Notes: generated by a model not told the origin, from the sequence alone. A DNA stretch of 64,000 nt from an uncultured Planctomycetales bacterium (GCA_964427405.1 CAYRUB010000003.1:946-64945); one strand, 5' to 3'; shown: positions 18,410-28,750, counted from the stretch's first letter. Translations and numbers: made by a program.

Positions 18410-19456
18410 TCATAGTTGCCTAAATTCTTCCCTGTTTTTCACTTTAGACATAGCCATATCCAAAGTAATCAAGCCTTTCTGTTGCAATTCTTTCAGGGAT
18501 TTATCCATAGTATGCATACCATGCTGTGAACCCGTCTGCATCAAAGTAGGGATCTGTTCAATTTCCTGTTCACGGATAAGATTACGGATACCCGGAGTAG
18601 CTACCATAACTTCAGTACATAAGACCCTCCCTTTACCGGAGGCATGCGGTAAAAGAAGCTGGGAAACTACCCCTTGTAAACAATCAGAAAGCTGCATCTT
18701 AACCTGCTGCTGCTGATGCGGAGGAAAAACATCGATAATCCTGGCAACAGTCTGCGGCGCATCGGGCGTATGCAGGGTTGCCAAGACAAGATGCCCGGTC
18801 TCGGCGGCTGTTAAAGCCGTCGAGATAGTTTCCAAATCACGCATTTCACCCACCACAATGACATTGGGATCCTGGCGTAAGGCATGACGCAGTGCCTGCG
18901 CAAAAGAATGCGTATCCGCATAAACCTCGCGTTGCTTAACTACGCTTTTTTTATTAGTAAAAATAAACTCAATCGGATCCTCAATACAAGTAATCAAGCA
19001 CTCCCTCTCGCTATTTATATGGTTGATCATTGCAGCCAAGGTAGTAGTTTTACCCATGCCCGTAGGTCCGGTTACCAAGACTAAACCATTGGGCTTATTC
19101 GCCAAATCAAGTACAATCTGCGGTAAGCCTAGTTTTACAACATTGGGTATCTCTAAAGGAATACGGCGAAAGGCACCCTCCACGCTGCCTTTTTGTGTAT
19201 GAATATTTACCCGGAAACGGTCCAGGCCAGGAAGGGCGAGCGAAAAATCAAGTTCCAACTCACGCTCAAAGATCTCTTTCTGCGAATTAGAAAGTACACC
19301 GTAAATCATTTTTTTTAATTCCTGTTTATTTAATTTTTCCAGCTCGGTACGCGTTAGCCTGCCATCAACGCGCAGAATTGGAGGTTCATTTTCCGTAATA
19401 TGTAAGTCCGAGGCGCCTTTCTCAATACACATCAAAAGCAAATCACGAATTTCCAT
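18410..19456 (-). CDS. pilT: Type IV pilus retraction ATPase PilT
   Basis: ASDLH, GPTGMGKTTT, EDPIE, ALRQDP..VGEMRD, AETGHLV.TLHT and GIRNLIRE motifs. Confidence 0.93.
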   Translation of the reverse strand: MEIRDLLLMCIEKGASDLHITENEPPILRVDGRLTRTELEKLNKQELKKMIYGVLSNSQKEIFERELELDFSLALPGLDRFRVNIHTQKGSVEGAFRRIPLEIPNVVKLGLPQIVLDLANKPNGLVLVTGPTGMGKTTTLAAMINHINSERECLITCIEDPIEFIFTNKKSVVKQREVYADTHSFAQALRHALRQDPNVIVVGEMRDLETISTALTAAETGHLVLATLHTPDAPQTVARIIDVFPPHQQQQVKMQLSDCLQGVVSQLLLPHASGKGRVLCTEVMVATPGIRNLIREQEIEQIPTLMQTGSQHGMHTMDKSLKELQQKGLITLDMAMSKVKNREEFRQL

Positions 19457-19470
19457 ACACCCCCCTTTAT

Positions 19471-20727
19471 TTAAAAGTAGATTCTTGGATCGCTTATATA
19501 ACCCTTAAGCGCTGAAGCGGCAACCGTAGCCGGAGAAGCTAAATATATAAATGCCGAAGGATTTCCCATCCTGCCTTTAAAATTACGGTTGGCAGTTGAA
19601 ATAACCGCTTCCCCATCGGAAGGCACACCATTATGCGTACCCACGCAAGGCCCGCAGCCGGGCCCGACAATAGCCGCGCCGGCCTTAATAAATATATCAA
19701 TTAACCCCAAACTTAAAGCCTCCAGATAAACCTCACGAGAACTCGGAGCAATAATCATTTTTACCTGCGGGCAAACTTTGCGCTTATTTAAAACTTTTGC
19801 CGCTGCCTTAAAATCATCTATCCGGCCATTGGTACAAGTACCTAAAAAGGCTTCACCTATTTTTATTTTTTTTAAAGCGGACGCCTCGGCGGTATTATCT
19901 ACGCTATGCGGCATAGAAACCATAGGCTTAAGCCTGGAGACATCAAATTCATAAACACTTTCATAAACCGCTCCTTTATCCGCGGCGATATGTTCAATAT
20001 GTTTATCCTTGCTAATCCTTGATTTAAGCCAAGCAAGGGTTTTTTTATCAACAGGCATAAACCCAGCCTTGGCCCCCAACTCAACTAACATATTAGAGAT
20101 AGTAAAACGGCCGTCCATTCCCATATTATCAATCACCGGACCGTAAAATTCAACTGCTTTGTAGGTTGCTCCATCACTTTTCAGCCTGCCGATTATATGC
20201 AAAATTATATCTTTAGCAAAAACCCCTCTCGGCAACTTACCCTTAATTACAATTTTAATGCTCGCAGGTACCTTAAACCAGTTTTTCCCGGTAGCAAGAG
20301 TTATAGCTAAATCTGTGGAACCGACTCCCGTAGAAAATGCGCCTATAGCTCCGTAAGTACAAGTATGGGAATCAGCTCCTAAAACCAAATAACCCGGTAA
20401 GACATTTCCCGATTCAGGAATAACTTGATGACAAACCCCGCAGCCGATATCGAATATTTTAGTTTTAAAACCTTCGGAGAAATCACGCATCTTCTTATGT
20501 ACCCGGGAAACCCCTTCGCTGGGGGAAGGTGCGCTATGGTCAATTACCATGCAGAATTTAGTTTTAAAATCTTTGACCCCCAGCTCTTTGATCCGGTCAA
20601 TTATTATTGAAGAAGTGCCATCCTGGCCAAAGGCAAAATCCACCTTACATACCGCAAAATCTCCTGCGCGCAAACTCTTGCCCGAATGCCTGCTCAATAT
20701 CTTCTCCGCTACAGTCTGGGAGCTCAT
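19471..20727 (-). CDS. Aconitase-family large subunit, LeuC/HacA-like ([4Fe-4S])
   Basis: DH, GVCHQ, GADSHTCTYG, GTCTNGR, GCGPCVG, STANRNFKGRMG and YLASP motifs. Confidence 0.9.
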   Translation of the reverse strand: MSSQTVAEKILSRHSGKSLRAGDFAVCKVDFAFGQDGTSSIIIDRIKELGVKDFKTKFCMVIDHSAPSPSEGVSRVHKKMRDFSEGFKTKIFDIGCGVCHQVIPESGNVLPGYLVLGADSHTCTYGAIGAFSTGVGSTDLAITLATGKNWFKVPASIKIVIKGKLPRGVFAKDIILHIIGRLKSDGATYKAVEFYGPVIDNMGMDGRFTISNMLVELGAKAGFMPVDKKTLAWLKSRISKDKHIEHIAADKGAVYESVYEFDVSRLKPMVSMPHSVDNTAEASALKKIKIGEAFLGTCTNGRIDDFKAAAKVLNKRKVCPQVKMIIAPSSREVYLEALSLGLIDIFIKAGAAIVGPGCGPCVGTHNGVPSDGEAVISTANRNFKGRMGNPSAFIYLASPATVAASALKGYISDPRIYF

Positions 20728-21899
20728 GATTTATCCACCCACTTTTCTATTCTATCCATGCCTTTTTTCAGCTCATCCATACTTGTAGCAAAGCTTATCC
20801 TTATATGGTCATCCATACCGAAACTTCCACCCGGAATAACGCTTACATATTCCTCATCAAGCAGACGTCTGGCAAAATCCATGGAATTAAGACCTGTTTC
20901 AGATATATCACAAAACATATAAAACGCCCCCTGCGGCAAAGTAAAACTTAATTTCTTAATCCCGCTTAAGCGGGCCGCCAAATAATCCCTTCTTCTCTGG
21001 AACTCTTGGCATAATTTAAGCGTGAAATCTTCAGGAGCGGCTAAAGCGGCCACTGCTGCTTTCTGGGCTATAGAGTTCGGATTGGAGGTTGAGTGATCCT
21101 GCAGGTTCGAAATGGCATTTGCCACATCGCTGGGAGCACCAAGATAGCCGATGCGCCAACCAGTCATAGAATGACTTTTGGATAAACCATTAACCGTAAT
21201 AGTCAGACCATAAATATCTTTGTTGAAGCTAGCGATTGATTCATGTTTTGCCCCGTCAAAGATAATCTTTTCATAGATTTCGTCACTAATCACAAAAATA
21301 TTCTTACTTACACATACCCTGGCAATTTCTTCAAGCTCAGAGCGGTTATAAACCGAGCCGGTTGGGTTTGAGGGGCTGTTAATAATCAACACTTTGGTTT
21401 TAGGAGTAATGTGTTTCTTAAGGTCAGTTACGGTGATCTTAAAATTATTGTCAGGGCTAGTTTTAATAAAACGCGGGGTTCCTTCGCAGAGATTGGCCAT
21501 TTCAGGGTAACTCACCCAATAAGGCAGGGGTATAAGTACCTCATCAGCCTTATTTAATAACACCATAAGCGCATTATAAATACTGTGCTTAGCCCCGTTA
21601 GAAACAATAATCTGATCGGGCGCATACTCAAGTGAATTATCTTTTTTGAATTTCTGACAAATAAGTTTTTTTAATTCGGGGGTGCCTGTGGTAGGGGTAT
21701 ACTTGGTAAATCCTGATTTTAAAGCCTCAACTGCCGCATTTTTGATAAAATCGGGGGTGTCAAAATCCGGCTCGCCGGCTGCAAAAGTAACTATATCCTT
21801 GCCTTCACTTTTAAGCTTTTTGGCTTTAGAGGTTATCGCTAACGTTGAAGAAGGATTTATCTTTTTTAAACGCTCCGCCAGCCTTGTATCTATTTTCAT
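20724..21899 (-). CDS. aspC: PLP-dependent aspartate aminotransferase (class I)
   Basis: AGEPDFDTP, NSPSNPTG, SDEIY and SKSHSMTGWRIGY motifs. Confidence 0.88.
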   Translation of the reverse strand: MKIDTRLAERLKKINPSSTLAITSKAKKLKSEGKDIVTFAAGEPDFDTPDFIKNAAVEALKSGFTKYTPTTGTPELKKLICQKFKKDNSLEYAPDQIIVSNGAKHSIYNALMVLLNKADEVLIPLPYWVSYPEMANLCEGTPRFIKTSPDNNFKITVTDLKKHITPKTKVLIINSPSNPTGSVYNRSELEEIARVCVSKNIFVISDEIYEKIIFDGAKHESIASFNKDIYGLTITVNGLSKSHSMTGWRIGYLGAPSDVANAISNLQDHSTSNPNSIAQKAAVAALAAPEDFTLKLCQEFQRRRDYLAARLSGIKKLSFTLPQGAFYMFCDISETGLNSMDFARRLLDEEYVSVIPGGSFGMDDHIRISFATSMDELKKGMDRIEKWVDKS

Positions 21900-21915
21900 A
21901 GAAGTTTTTCATTAC

Positions 21916-22494
21916 TTACAAAGAATCACTTTTCTTCCTGAATATGTTTCTGATACCTCCGATGAACTTCTTCTGAGGTTTTTTGTCCTTAGCCGGATTC
22001 ACTTTAACCGTCGGTTCCTGTTTCTTTTCCTCGACAGTTTCTACCTTAGTAGATTTTTCTTCAACTGTTTCATCTACAGGCTGAGTTGGCTGAGACTTGG
22101 TCTCTTTAGCAAGCTTGGCCTTTTTAGCGGCCTTTTTCTTTATTTCAGTAAGCTCAAAGATGACCATCTCGGCATCATCCCCTCGGCGTTTACCTAAGCC
22201 GATAATCCTGGTGAAACCGCTGTTACGCTTGGAAAAACGCGGCCCAATCTCATTAAAAAGAAGGCTTACTAATTTATGCTCACCTAAAACTTTCTGCGCT
22301 TGCCTGCGGGCAAAAAGTGTATTCACTTTAGCCAGTGTTATAAGTTTCTCGATCATCTGCCGGCTGGCCTTGGCGCGAGTCAAGGTAGTCTTAATACTCT
22401 GGTGAATAATAACATTTCTCGCCAGGCTTCTTATTGTTGCCTTATGCCAGCTGGTAAAACGGCTCAGTTGCAGTCTTTTTTTTGCGTGTCTCAT
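21916..22494 (-). CDS. rplQ: 50S ribosomal protein L17 with long charged C-terminal tail
   Basis: MRHAK...GFTRII...RRGDDAEM; follows rpoA. Confidence 0.95.
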   Translation of the reverse strand: MRHAKKRLQLSRFTSWHKATIRSLARNVIIHQSIKTTLTRAKASRQMIEKLITLAKVNTLFARRQAQKVLGEHKLVSLLFNEIGPRFSKRNSGFTRIIGLGKRRGDDAEMVIFELTEIKKKAAKKAKLAKETKSQPTQPVDETVEEKSTKVETVEEKKQEPTVKVNPAKDKKPQKKFIGGIRNIFRKKSDSL

Positions 22495-22499
22495 TTTAT

Positions 22500-23492
22500 T
22501 TAGCCCTTCTTTATTTTCTTAGGATCAATCTGCATGCCTAAAGTTACTCCCATGCCCATAAGCAGTTCCTGGATCTCGGTAAGGGATTTTTTGCCAAAGT
22601 TCTTAAAGTTGAGCATCTCTTCTTCACTTTTCCTAACCAGATCGGCAATAATTTTAATCCCCGCTTCCCTTAAACAGTTAGAACTTCTAACTGAAAGTTC
22701 GAGCTCAGAAATAGGCAACCTTAATTTTTCATAGAGGGCCGCTTCCTCTTTAGTCATCTCCGGCTCTTCTTCTGCGATATCTTCAGGGAGTTGCCCGAAA
22801 TTCACAAAGATATCTAAATGCCTTTGCAAAATATTAGAGGCATAAAGCAACGCGTCCTTTGGGCTGATACTACCGTTAGTCCAAATCTCAAAAATCAACT
22901 TATCGTAATCCGTTCGCTGGCCCACACGGGTATTTTCCACGAAATAGTTGATCTTCTTAACAGGGGTAAATATCGAGTCGACAGGAATAAAACCTACAAC
23001 TTTGTCTTCTTTTTTATTCAACTCTCCCGGAACATATCCTCTGCCGCGGGAAACTTCCATCTCGATATTAAGTTTCGTATCTTTGGTAAGAGTGGCAATA
23101 TGCAATTCAGGATTGACTATCTCAATCGTCTCATCCGCTTCAATATCCTTAGCCTTAACCTCTCCTTTTTTATCCGCTTTCAAATAAATTGTTTTGGGGA
23201 TCTTGGAATGAGAGTTTAATACCAGGCTTTTAATATTCAGGATTATCTCCGGGACATCCTCTAAAATTCCCGGGATAGTGGAGAATTCATGCGCGACACC
23301 TAAGATCTTAACTGCGCTCACCGCGCTTCCTTCTATTGAAGAAAGCAGGACTCTTCTTAACGAATTGCCCAGGGTTACGCCATAACCTCTTTCAAAAGGA
23401 GCCGCCATAAACTTTCCGTATGTATCCGTATATGTTGACTCATCACATTCAAGTTTTTTAGGAAACTGAAAATCTCTCCATTTTATACCCAT
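22500..23492 (-). CDS. rpoA: RNA polymerase alpha subunit
   Basis: PFERGYGVTLGNSLRRVLLSS and ELELSVRSSNCL motifs. Confidence 0.98.
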   Translation of the reverse strand: MGIKWRDFQFPKKLECDESTYTDTYGKFMAAPFERGYGVTLGNSLRRVLLSSIEGSAVSAVKILGVAHEFSTIPGILEDVPEIILNIKSLVLNSHSKIPKTIYLKADKKGEVKAKDIEADETIEIVNPELHIATLTKDTKLNIEMEVSRGRGYVPGELNKKEDKVVGFIPVDSIFTPVKKINYFVENTRVGQRTDYDKLIFEIWTNGSISPKDALLYASNILQRHLDIFVNFGQLPEDIAEEEPEMTKEEAALYEKLRLPISELELSVRSSNCLREAGIKIIADLVRKSEEEMLNFKNFGKKSLTEIQELLMGMGVTLGMQIDPKKIKKG

Positions 23493-23520
23493 TTATATTC
23501 TCCTTTATCTTTTATTCAGT

Positions 23521-23576
23521 AAAATTGAACACCTTAAATCTTCTATCCAATGAAATCCTTGATGAATCTACAAGGA
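23521..23576. repeat. Hairpin repeat family B, copy 2
   Basis: 34 of 41 aligned positions identical to 18351-18390, then the hairpin TCCTTG-atgaatcta-CAAGGA. Confidence 0.7.
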
Positions 23577-23606
23577 CCTGATGATATGAAACTTGTAAAT
23601 ATCCCG

Positions 23607-24236
23607 TTATTTTGAATACAACTCAACGATTAACTGTTCCTGGATCGGCTGTTGAATATCGGTTTTCTCCGGAAGTCTCAAGACCTTACCTTTCATCTCT
23701 GCTGCTGAAAACTCAAGCCAGTTGGGAACAGTTCTATCTTTGGAAAGCTCCAGATTATCCTTAATTTTAATTTTAGGCTTATCCTTACACTTAATTTCAA
23801 CCAGATCATCTTTATCCACTAGATATGACGGGATATTGACTCTGCGTGAATTAACCGCGATCAGATTATGCCTGACAATTTGACGCGACTGCGAGCGTGA
23901 AATACCCAGCCCCATGCGAAAAACTACATTATCAAGCCTGCGCTCTAAAAGCTGCAAAAGCACCTTACCGGTTACGCCCTTGGTCTTTGAGGCAACCTCA
24001 AAATATTTACGGAATTGCCTTTCTAGCACGCCGTAAATTCTTTTTACTTTTTGTTTTTCCTTTAGCTGCATACCGTAATTAGAAAGTTTCTTCCTCCGGC
24101 CTTCTCCATGCTGACCCGGCGGGTATGCCCTTTTATTAGCCGGACATTTTTCAGTCTGACATTTAGTTCCCTTTAAAAATAACTTCTCGCCCTGTCTACG
24201 GCATAACCTGCAAACTGCACCAGTATAGCGACCCAT
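23607..24236 (-). CDS. rpsD: 30S ribosomal protein S4 (Cys/zinc type)
   Basis: CRLCRR, LERRLDNVV and IVELYSK motifs. Confidence 0.98.
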   Translation of the reverse strand: MGRYTGAVCRLCRRQGEKLFLKGTKCQTEKCPANKRAYPPGQHGEGRRKKLSNYGMQLKEKQKVKRIYGVLERQFRKYFEVASKTKGVTGKVLLQLLERRLDNVVFRMGLGISRSQSRQIVRHNLIAVNSRRVNIPSYLVDKDDLVEIKCKDKPKIKIKDNLELSKDRTVPNWLEFSAAEMKGKVLRLPEKTDIQQPIQEQLIVELYSK

Positions 24237-24239
24237 AAA

Positions 24240-24629
24240 TTAGACTCTCCTTTTCTTCTTAGGACGGCAACCATTATGAGGAATAGGAGTTACATCCTTA
24301 ATTAAAGTTACCACCAAGCCTGCTGCCTGAAGTGCGCGGATTGCCGACTCCCTGCCAAAACCCGGCCCTTTTACATAAACTTCAACTTCTTTAAGCCCTA
24401 CCTCTTTAGCCTTCCTGGCGGCATCGGTTGCAGCCACCTGAGCAGCAAATGGGGTTGATTTTTTAGATCCGCTATAACCAACATTGCCCGGAGCGCTCCA
24501 AGCTATAACATTGCCCTGCTTATCGGTTATACTGATAATCGTATTATTAAAACTTGCCTGGATATGCGCAACGCCGCTGGTTATCCCTTTAGCAATCTTC
24601 TTCTTTTTAGCTTTCTCTTTTGTTGCCAT
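24240..24629 (-). CDS. rpsK: 30S ribosomal protein S11
   Basis: [15 protein letters not shown] and [12 protein letters not shown] motifs. Confidence 0.98.
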   Translation of the reverse strand: MATKEKAKKKKIAKGITSGVAHIQASFNNTIISITDKQGNVIAWSAPGNVGYSGSKKSTPFAAQVAATDAARKAKEVGLKEVEVYVKGPGFGRESAIRALQAAGLVVTLIKDVTPIPHNGCRPKKKRRV

Positions 24630-24645
24630 ATTCTATTTACTCCTC

Positions 24646-25059
24646 TTATTTACCAGCTGGTTTGGCAGTCTTCGCCGGTTCTGCCTTCTTAACTACTGCT
24701 GCCAGGTTAACTCTCTTTTTCCCTTTTCTAGTGCGCGAATTAGTGCGTGTACGCTGGCCCCTGACCGGGAGCCCTTTCTTATGGCGCATACCTCTCCAAG
24801 AACCAATATCCATAAGCCTTTTAATATTCTGGGATATATCGCGCCGCAGATCACCTTCAATCCTCAAACTTCCTTTTTGGAGGATATTGGTAAGACGCGA
24901 AACTTCTTCTTCACTTAAATCTTTTGCCCGCTTATCCGGGTTGATCCCAGCCTCTTTAAGCACGACATTAGAGAGCGCCCGGCCGATCCCGTAAAAATAA
25001 GTCAGGGCAATCTCAATTCTTTTCTCCTTAGGTATATCAATACCCATAATTCTTGGCAT
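24646..25059 (-). CDS. rpsM: 30S ribosomal protein S13
   Basis: [14 protein letters not shown] and [12 protein letters not shown] motifs. Confidence 0.98.
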   Translation of the reverse strand: MPRIMGIDIPKEKRIEIALTYFYGIGRALSNVVLKEAGINPDKRAKDLSEEEVSRLTNILQKGSLRIEGDLRRDISQNIKRLMDIGSWRGMRHKKGLPVRGQRTRTNSRTRKGKKRVNLAAVVKKAEPAKTAKPAGK

Positions 25060-25069
25060 CTTAGCTCCT

Positions 25070-25112
25070 TACCCACAAAGGGTACACCGGCCACTTCCTT
25101 TTAGGCCGGGTG
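25070..25112. repeat. Two-hairpin element family A, copy 2 (rpmJ-rpsM spacer)
   Basis: TACCC-acaaa-GGGTA CAC-CGGCC-acttcctttta-GGCCG-g-GTG. Confidence 0.8.
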
Positions 25113-25125
25113 TTTAAAAAAATAA

Positions 25126-25239
25126 TTAACCTTGTCTCTGTTTGTGTTTAGTAGTAACGCAGATCACCCGCACTACCCCTCTTCTTTTTATTATTTTACA
25201 CTTATCACAAATCTTACGAATCGACGCTTTAACTTTCAT
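25126..25239 (-). CDS. rpmJ: 50S ribosomal protein L36
   Basis: Below the ORF-track cutoff; translated by hand as [37 protein letters not shown]. Confidence 0.97.
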   Translation of the reverse strand: MKVKASIRKICDKCKIIKRRGVVRVICVTTKHKQRQG

Positions 25240-25241
25240 TG

Positions 25242-25460
25242 TTATCTCACCCTAAAAGTAATTCTCCCCCGGCTCAAATCATAAGGAGAAAGTTCTAATT
25301 TAACTTTGTCACCCGGAAGAATCCTGATAAAATTCATGCGCATCTTACCTGAAACATGCGCCAAAACTATATGCCCATTCTCCAGCTCCACCTTAAACAT
25401 AGCGTTAGGCAGTGCTTCAATTATTTTACCTTCTGTCTCAATCAGCTCTTCTTTAGGCAT
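25242..25460 (-). CDS. infA: Translation initiation factor IF-1
   Basis: EALPNAMF and [15 protein letters not shown] motifs. Confidence 0.98.
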   Translation of the reverse strand: MPKEELIETEGKIIEALPNAMFKVELENGHIVLAHVSGKMRMNFIRILPGDKVKLELSPYDLSRGRITFRVR

Positions 25461-25462
25461 CT

Positions 25463-26206
25463 TTACTCTGTTAGTACAACCGGTCCTTTATCAGTAACCG
25501 CTACCGTATGTTCAAAATGCGCTGAAGCCAGGCCATCTTTAGTTACCGCTGTCCAACCATTCCTGGCGATAAGGCATTCCCAACCGCCGATATTAACCAT
25601 CGGTTCAATAGCTAAAACCATCCCGTTTTTTAAAAGCGGGCCTAAACGCGCGGCTCCAAAATTGGGAATCTCCGGTTCTTCATGCAAGGCAGTTCCTATA
25701 CCATGCCCCACAAACTGCCTGACTACTGAAAACCCGTTCCCTTCCACAAAACTCTGGATGCTATGAGAAATATCGCTTAAATAATTACCCGGACGGGCCT
25801 GCTTAATTCCTATATCCAGGGCCTTCCTGGTTACCTCAATCAACTTTCTTTTGTTTTCATCCACCTTGCCCACCGGCAAGGTAATTGCCATATCTGAAAA
25901 ATAACCTTGATAATTCACGCCTAAATCTATACTGACGATATCCCCTTCTAAAATTATCCTTGGCTCAGGGATACCATGCACAATCTCCTCATTTACAGAA
26001 ACACAGGCTGTCGCCGGAAAACCCTTGTACCCCTTAAAAGCCGCCAGGGCATTTTCTTTAAGAATTAACTCTTCGCTCAGGCGGTCAATATCCAGGGTAG
26101 TAATTCCCGGACGTACACTTTTTCCTACCTTGCGCATAACAGCCGATAAAATCTGGCCGGAGCGCTTCAACATCTGCAAGTCTTTTTCCGATTTTAAGGG
26201 TATCAC
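25463..26206 (-). CDS. map: Methionine aminopeptidase type I
   Basis: [26 protein letters not shown] and SAHFEHT motifs. Confidence 0.97.
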   Translation of the reverse strand: MIPLKSEKDLQMLKRSGQILSAVMRKVGKSVRPGITTLDIDRLSEELILKENALAAFKGYKGFPATACVSVNEEIVHGIPEPRIILEGDIVSIDLGVNYQGYFSDMAITLPVGKVDENKRKLIEVTRKALDIGIKQARPGNYLSDISHSIQSFVEGNGFSVVRQFVGHGIGTALHEEPEIPNFGAARLGPLLKNGMVLAIEPMVNIGGWECLIARNGWTAVTKDGLASAHFEHTVAVTDKGPVVLTE

Positions 26207-26854
26207 TTAAACCTTAGCGCATAGCAAAGTAATCTGTTCCAGTACCTTAAACGCATCTAAATCCGCATCCAAGCTGTGCAGTTTATTTTGCTGATTATAA
26301 TACTTTATCAAAGAAGCAACTTCGTTTTTGTAAACTTCAAGACGCTTACGCACCGTAATTTCATTGTCATCAGAACGCTGATACAACTCTCCATGGCAGT
26401 TATCGCATAATCCGGATTCCTTAGGAGGCATATTCACCACATGGAAATTTGCCCCACACTTAGAGCAAACTAACCTGCCGGTAAGCCGCTTGATGATTAC
26501 CTCATCGCTTGTATTTAAATAAACCACTAAATCTACCGAAAGTTTCTTGCGAGCCAAAATCTCATCCAGGGTTTTAGCTTGGGGCAATGTCCTGGGGTAT
26601 CCGTCTAGAATAAAACCTTTCTTTATATCCGGATTATTGAAACGTTCATCAAGCATTGCCGCGACCATTTCATCCGGCACAAGCAGGCCTTTATCCATAA
26701 TACCTTTTGCCTGTTTGCCTAAAGCAGTACCATCCTTAACATTCTGCCTCAAGATATCCCCGGTAGATATATGCGGCAGACCCAACTTCTCTGCCAGTCT
26801 TTTTGCCTGCGTACCTTTACCTGCCCCCGGAGGGCCTAAGAGCACCAGATACAT
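26207..26854 (-). CDS. adk: Adenylate kinase (zinc lid)
   Basis: GPPGAGKGTQ, GFILDGYPR and CSKC...CDNC motifs. Confidence 0.97.
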   Translation of the reverse strand: MYLVLLGPPGAGKGTQAKRLAEKLGLPHISTGDILRQNVKDGTALGKQAKGIMDKGLLVPDEMVAAMLDERFNNPDIKKGFILDGYPRTLPQAKTLDEILARKKLSVDLVVYLNTSDEVIIKRLTGRLVCSKCGANFHVVNMPPKESGLCDNCHGELYQRSDDNEITVRKRLEVYKNEVASLIKYYNQQNKLHSLDADLDAFKVLEQITLLCAKV

Positions 26855-28200
26855 TATCTTCTCCCCTTAATATGGCTGCTTTTTATAAAACCTTCATAAT
26901 GATGCGTCAGGAGATGCGACTCGATCTGCTTTAAAGTATCCAACATAACTCCGACAATAATTAAGACCCCTGTGCCTCCGAAAAACGATGCTACCAGGTA
27001 CGGCACCTTAAGCCAGGCCATAATAAAATCCGGAAAAATTGCGATTACCGCGATGAAACTGGCGCCGGCTAAAGTAATCCTGGTCATTACATAATCAAGA
27101 AATTCAGCGGTAGGCTTACCCGGACGTATACCCGGAATAAACCCTCCATATTTCTTCATATTCTCAGACAGGTCGTTAGGATTAAATACGATAGCGGTAT
27201 AAAAATAACAGAAAAAGATTATCAAAAGAGCATAAACTGTTGAATATAGCACCTGTCCGCGGATTAACCCCTGAGCCAGACGCTGAAAACCTGGATTCGG
27301 GATAAAAGATGCCAAGGTTGCCGGAAAAAGTATAATTGACTGCGCAAAAATAATAGCGATAACTCCGGAGGTATCAACCTTAAGCGGTATATATGTGCTC
27401 TGTCCTCCGTAAATCTTGCGCCCCACGATACGCCGGGCATATTGCACGGGGATCTTTCTTACTCCCTGCGTAATCATAATTACCGCAAACACAACCCCTA
27501 CCAGCAACAAAGCCATGATTAACAAAGTAATCGGCTGGATCTGCCTGCGGCTGGCAGCAAAAGGCGAAATCAAAACCCATAGCTGATTAAGAGCTGTAGG
27601 AATCCTTGAAATAATACCCGCGGTAATAACCAGAGATATGCCGTTTCCAATGCCACGCTCCTGAATCTGCTCTCCCAACCACATGATAAAGATCGTGCCG
27701 GTAGTAAGAGTCAAAACCGTCAGGATACGGAATCCCCAACCCGGATGCATAACAATTTGCAGCCCCTCAAAACGCGCCGGGTTTTCCAGCCATAAAGCAA
27801 TAAAATATGATTGCACAACCGAAAGAAAAACTGTGCCATAACGGGTAAACTGGTTGATCTTTTCGTATCCGGATTTACCCTCCTTAGCCATTTTTTCAAA
27901 GGCCGGAATAACCGCAGTAAGCAACTGCATAATAATAGAGGATGAAATATAAGGCATTATCCCCAGGGCAAATATAGTCAGACGCTCCATAGCGCCGCCG
28001 GAAAACATATTAATTATGCCAAAGAGCGTACCACCTTGAGTCTTAGAAATACGGTTAAAAAAATCCGCCAGCGCCGCGCCATCGATACCGGGAGTAGGAA
28101 TATAACAACCTACGCGGTAAATCGCGATAAGCGCACCTGTGATAATCAACCGCTTCTTTAGATCCGGGATCTTAAACGCATTAACCAGCGCGTTAAACAT
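26854..28200 (-). CDS. secY: Preprotein translocase SecY
   Basis: IFALGIMPYISSSII, GIGNGISL and FIPGIRPG motifs. Confidence 0.98.
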   Translation of the reverse strand: MFNALVNAFKIPDLKKRLIITGALIAIYRVGCYIPTPGIDGAALADFFNRISKTQGGTLFGIINMFSGGAMERLTIFALGIMPYISSSIIMQLLTAVIPAFEKMAKEGKSGYEKINQFTRYGTVFLSVVQSYFIALWLENPARFEGLQIVMHPGWGFRILTVLTLTTGTIFIMWLGEQIQERGIGNGISLVITAGIISRIPTALNQLWVLISPFAASRRQIQPITLLIMALLLVGVVFAVIMITQGVRKIPVQYARRIVGRKIYGGQSTYIPLKVDTSGVIAIIFAQSIILFPATLASFIPNPGFQRLAQGLIRGQVLYSTVYALLIIFFCYFYTAIVFNPNDLSENMKKYGGFIPGIRPGKPTAEFLDYVMTRITLAGASFIAVIAIFPDFIMAWLKVPYLVASFFGGTGVLIIVGVMLDTLKQIESHLLTHHYEGFIKSSHIKGRR

Positions 28201-28750
28201 TTATTATTTCCGCTTTGCCGCCAACAGCGATAATCTCGGAAGAGGCACGTTTAGAAAACGCATGTGCCTGTATAGTTACCGGATTCTTAATGCTACCCTT
28301 TCCCAATATCTTAATTAAAGCGCTCTCATCACGGATTAAACCATTGTCCTTTAAAAGCTGCGGAGTGACTACGGTCTCTTTTATCTTATTTAAATCTTCG
28401 AGATTAACAATCTGGTAGGTCTTTCTAAAATTACTTACAAACCCGCGCTTGGGCATCTTGCGGATAAGCGGAGATTGACCTCCTTCAAAACCTAAATAAA
28501 AATGCCTTCCAGCGCGCGAGGTCTGCCCTTTGCTTCCGCGGGTAGAGGTCTTACCGTGACCGGATCCGGGACCGCGACCTAAATATTTTCTTTTTTTATG
28601 CGAGCCAAACGGTCGTTTCAGGTTATGTAAAGCAACTAAATTTAACGCGGGCTTCTCCTCGATATTCTTCAAGGCTGGTTTTCTAACTGAAACCTTCTTA
28701 ACTGCCGGTTTCTTAACTATCTGTTCTTTTTTAGATTTTTTCTCTTTCAT
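28193..28750 (-). CDS. rplO: 50S ribosomal protein L15, with possible Lys-rich N-terminal extension
   Basis: GRGPGSGHGKTS and GFEGGQSPL motifs. Confidence 0.95.
   Translation of the reverse strand: MKEKKSKKEQIVKKPAVKKVSVRKPALKNIEEKPALNLVALHNLKRPFGSHKKRKYLGRGPGSGHGKTSTRGSKGQTSRAGRHFYLGFEGGQSPLIRKMPKRGFVSNFRKTYQIVNLEDLNKIKETVVTPQLLKDNGLIRDESALIKILGKGSIKNPVTIQAHAFSKRASSEIIAVGGKAEIINV

Noticed and set aside
17836-20727. Assigning gene symbols leuC/leuD
   Set aside because: Family membership is clear, but there is no leucine-pathway context; specificity is uncertain (see findings).
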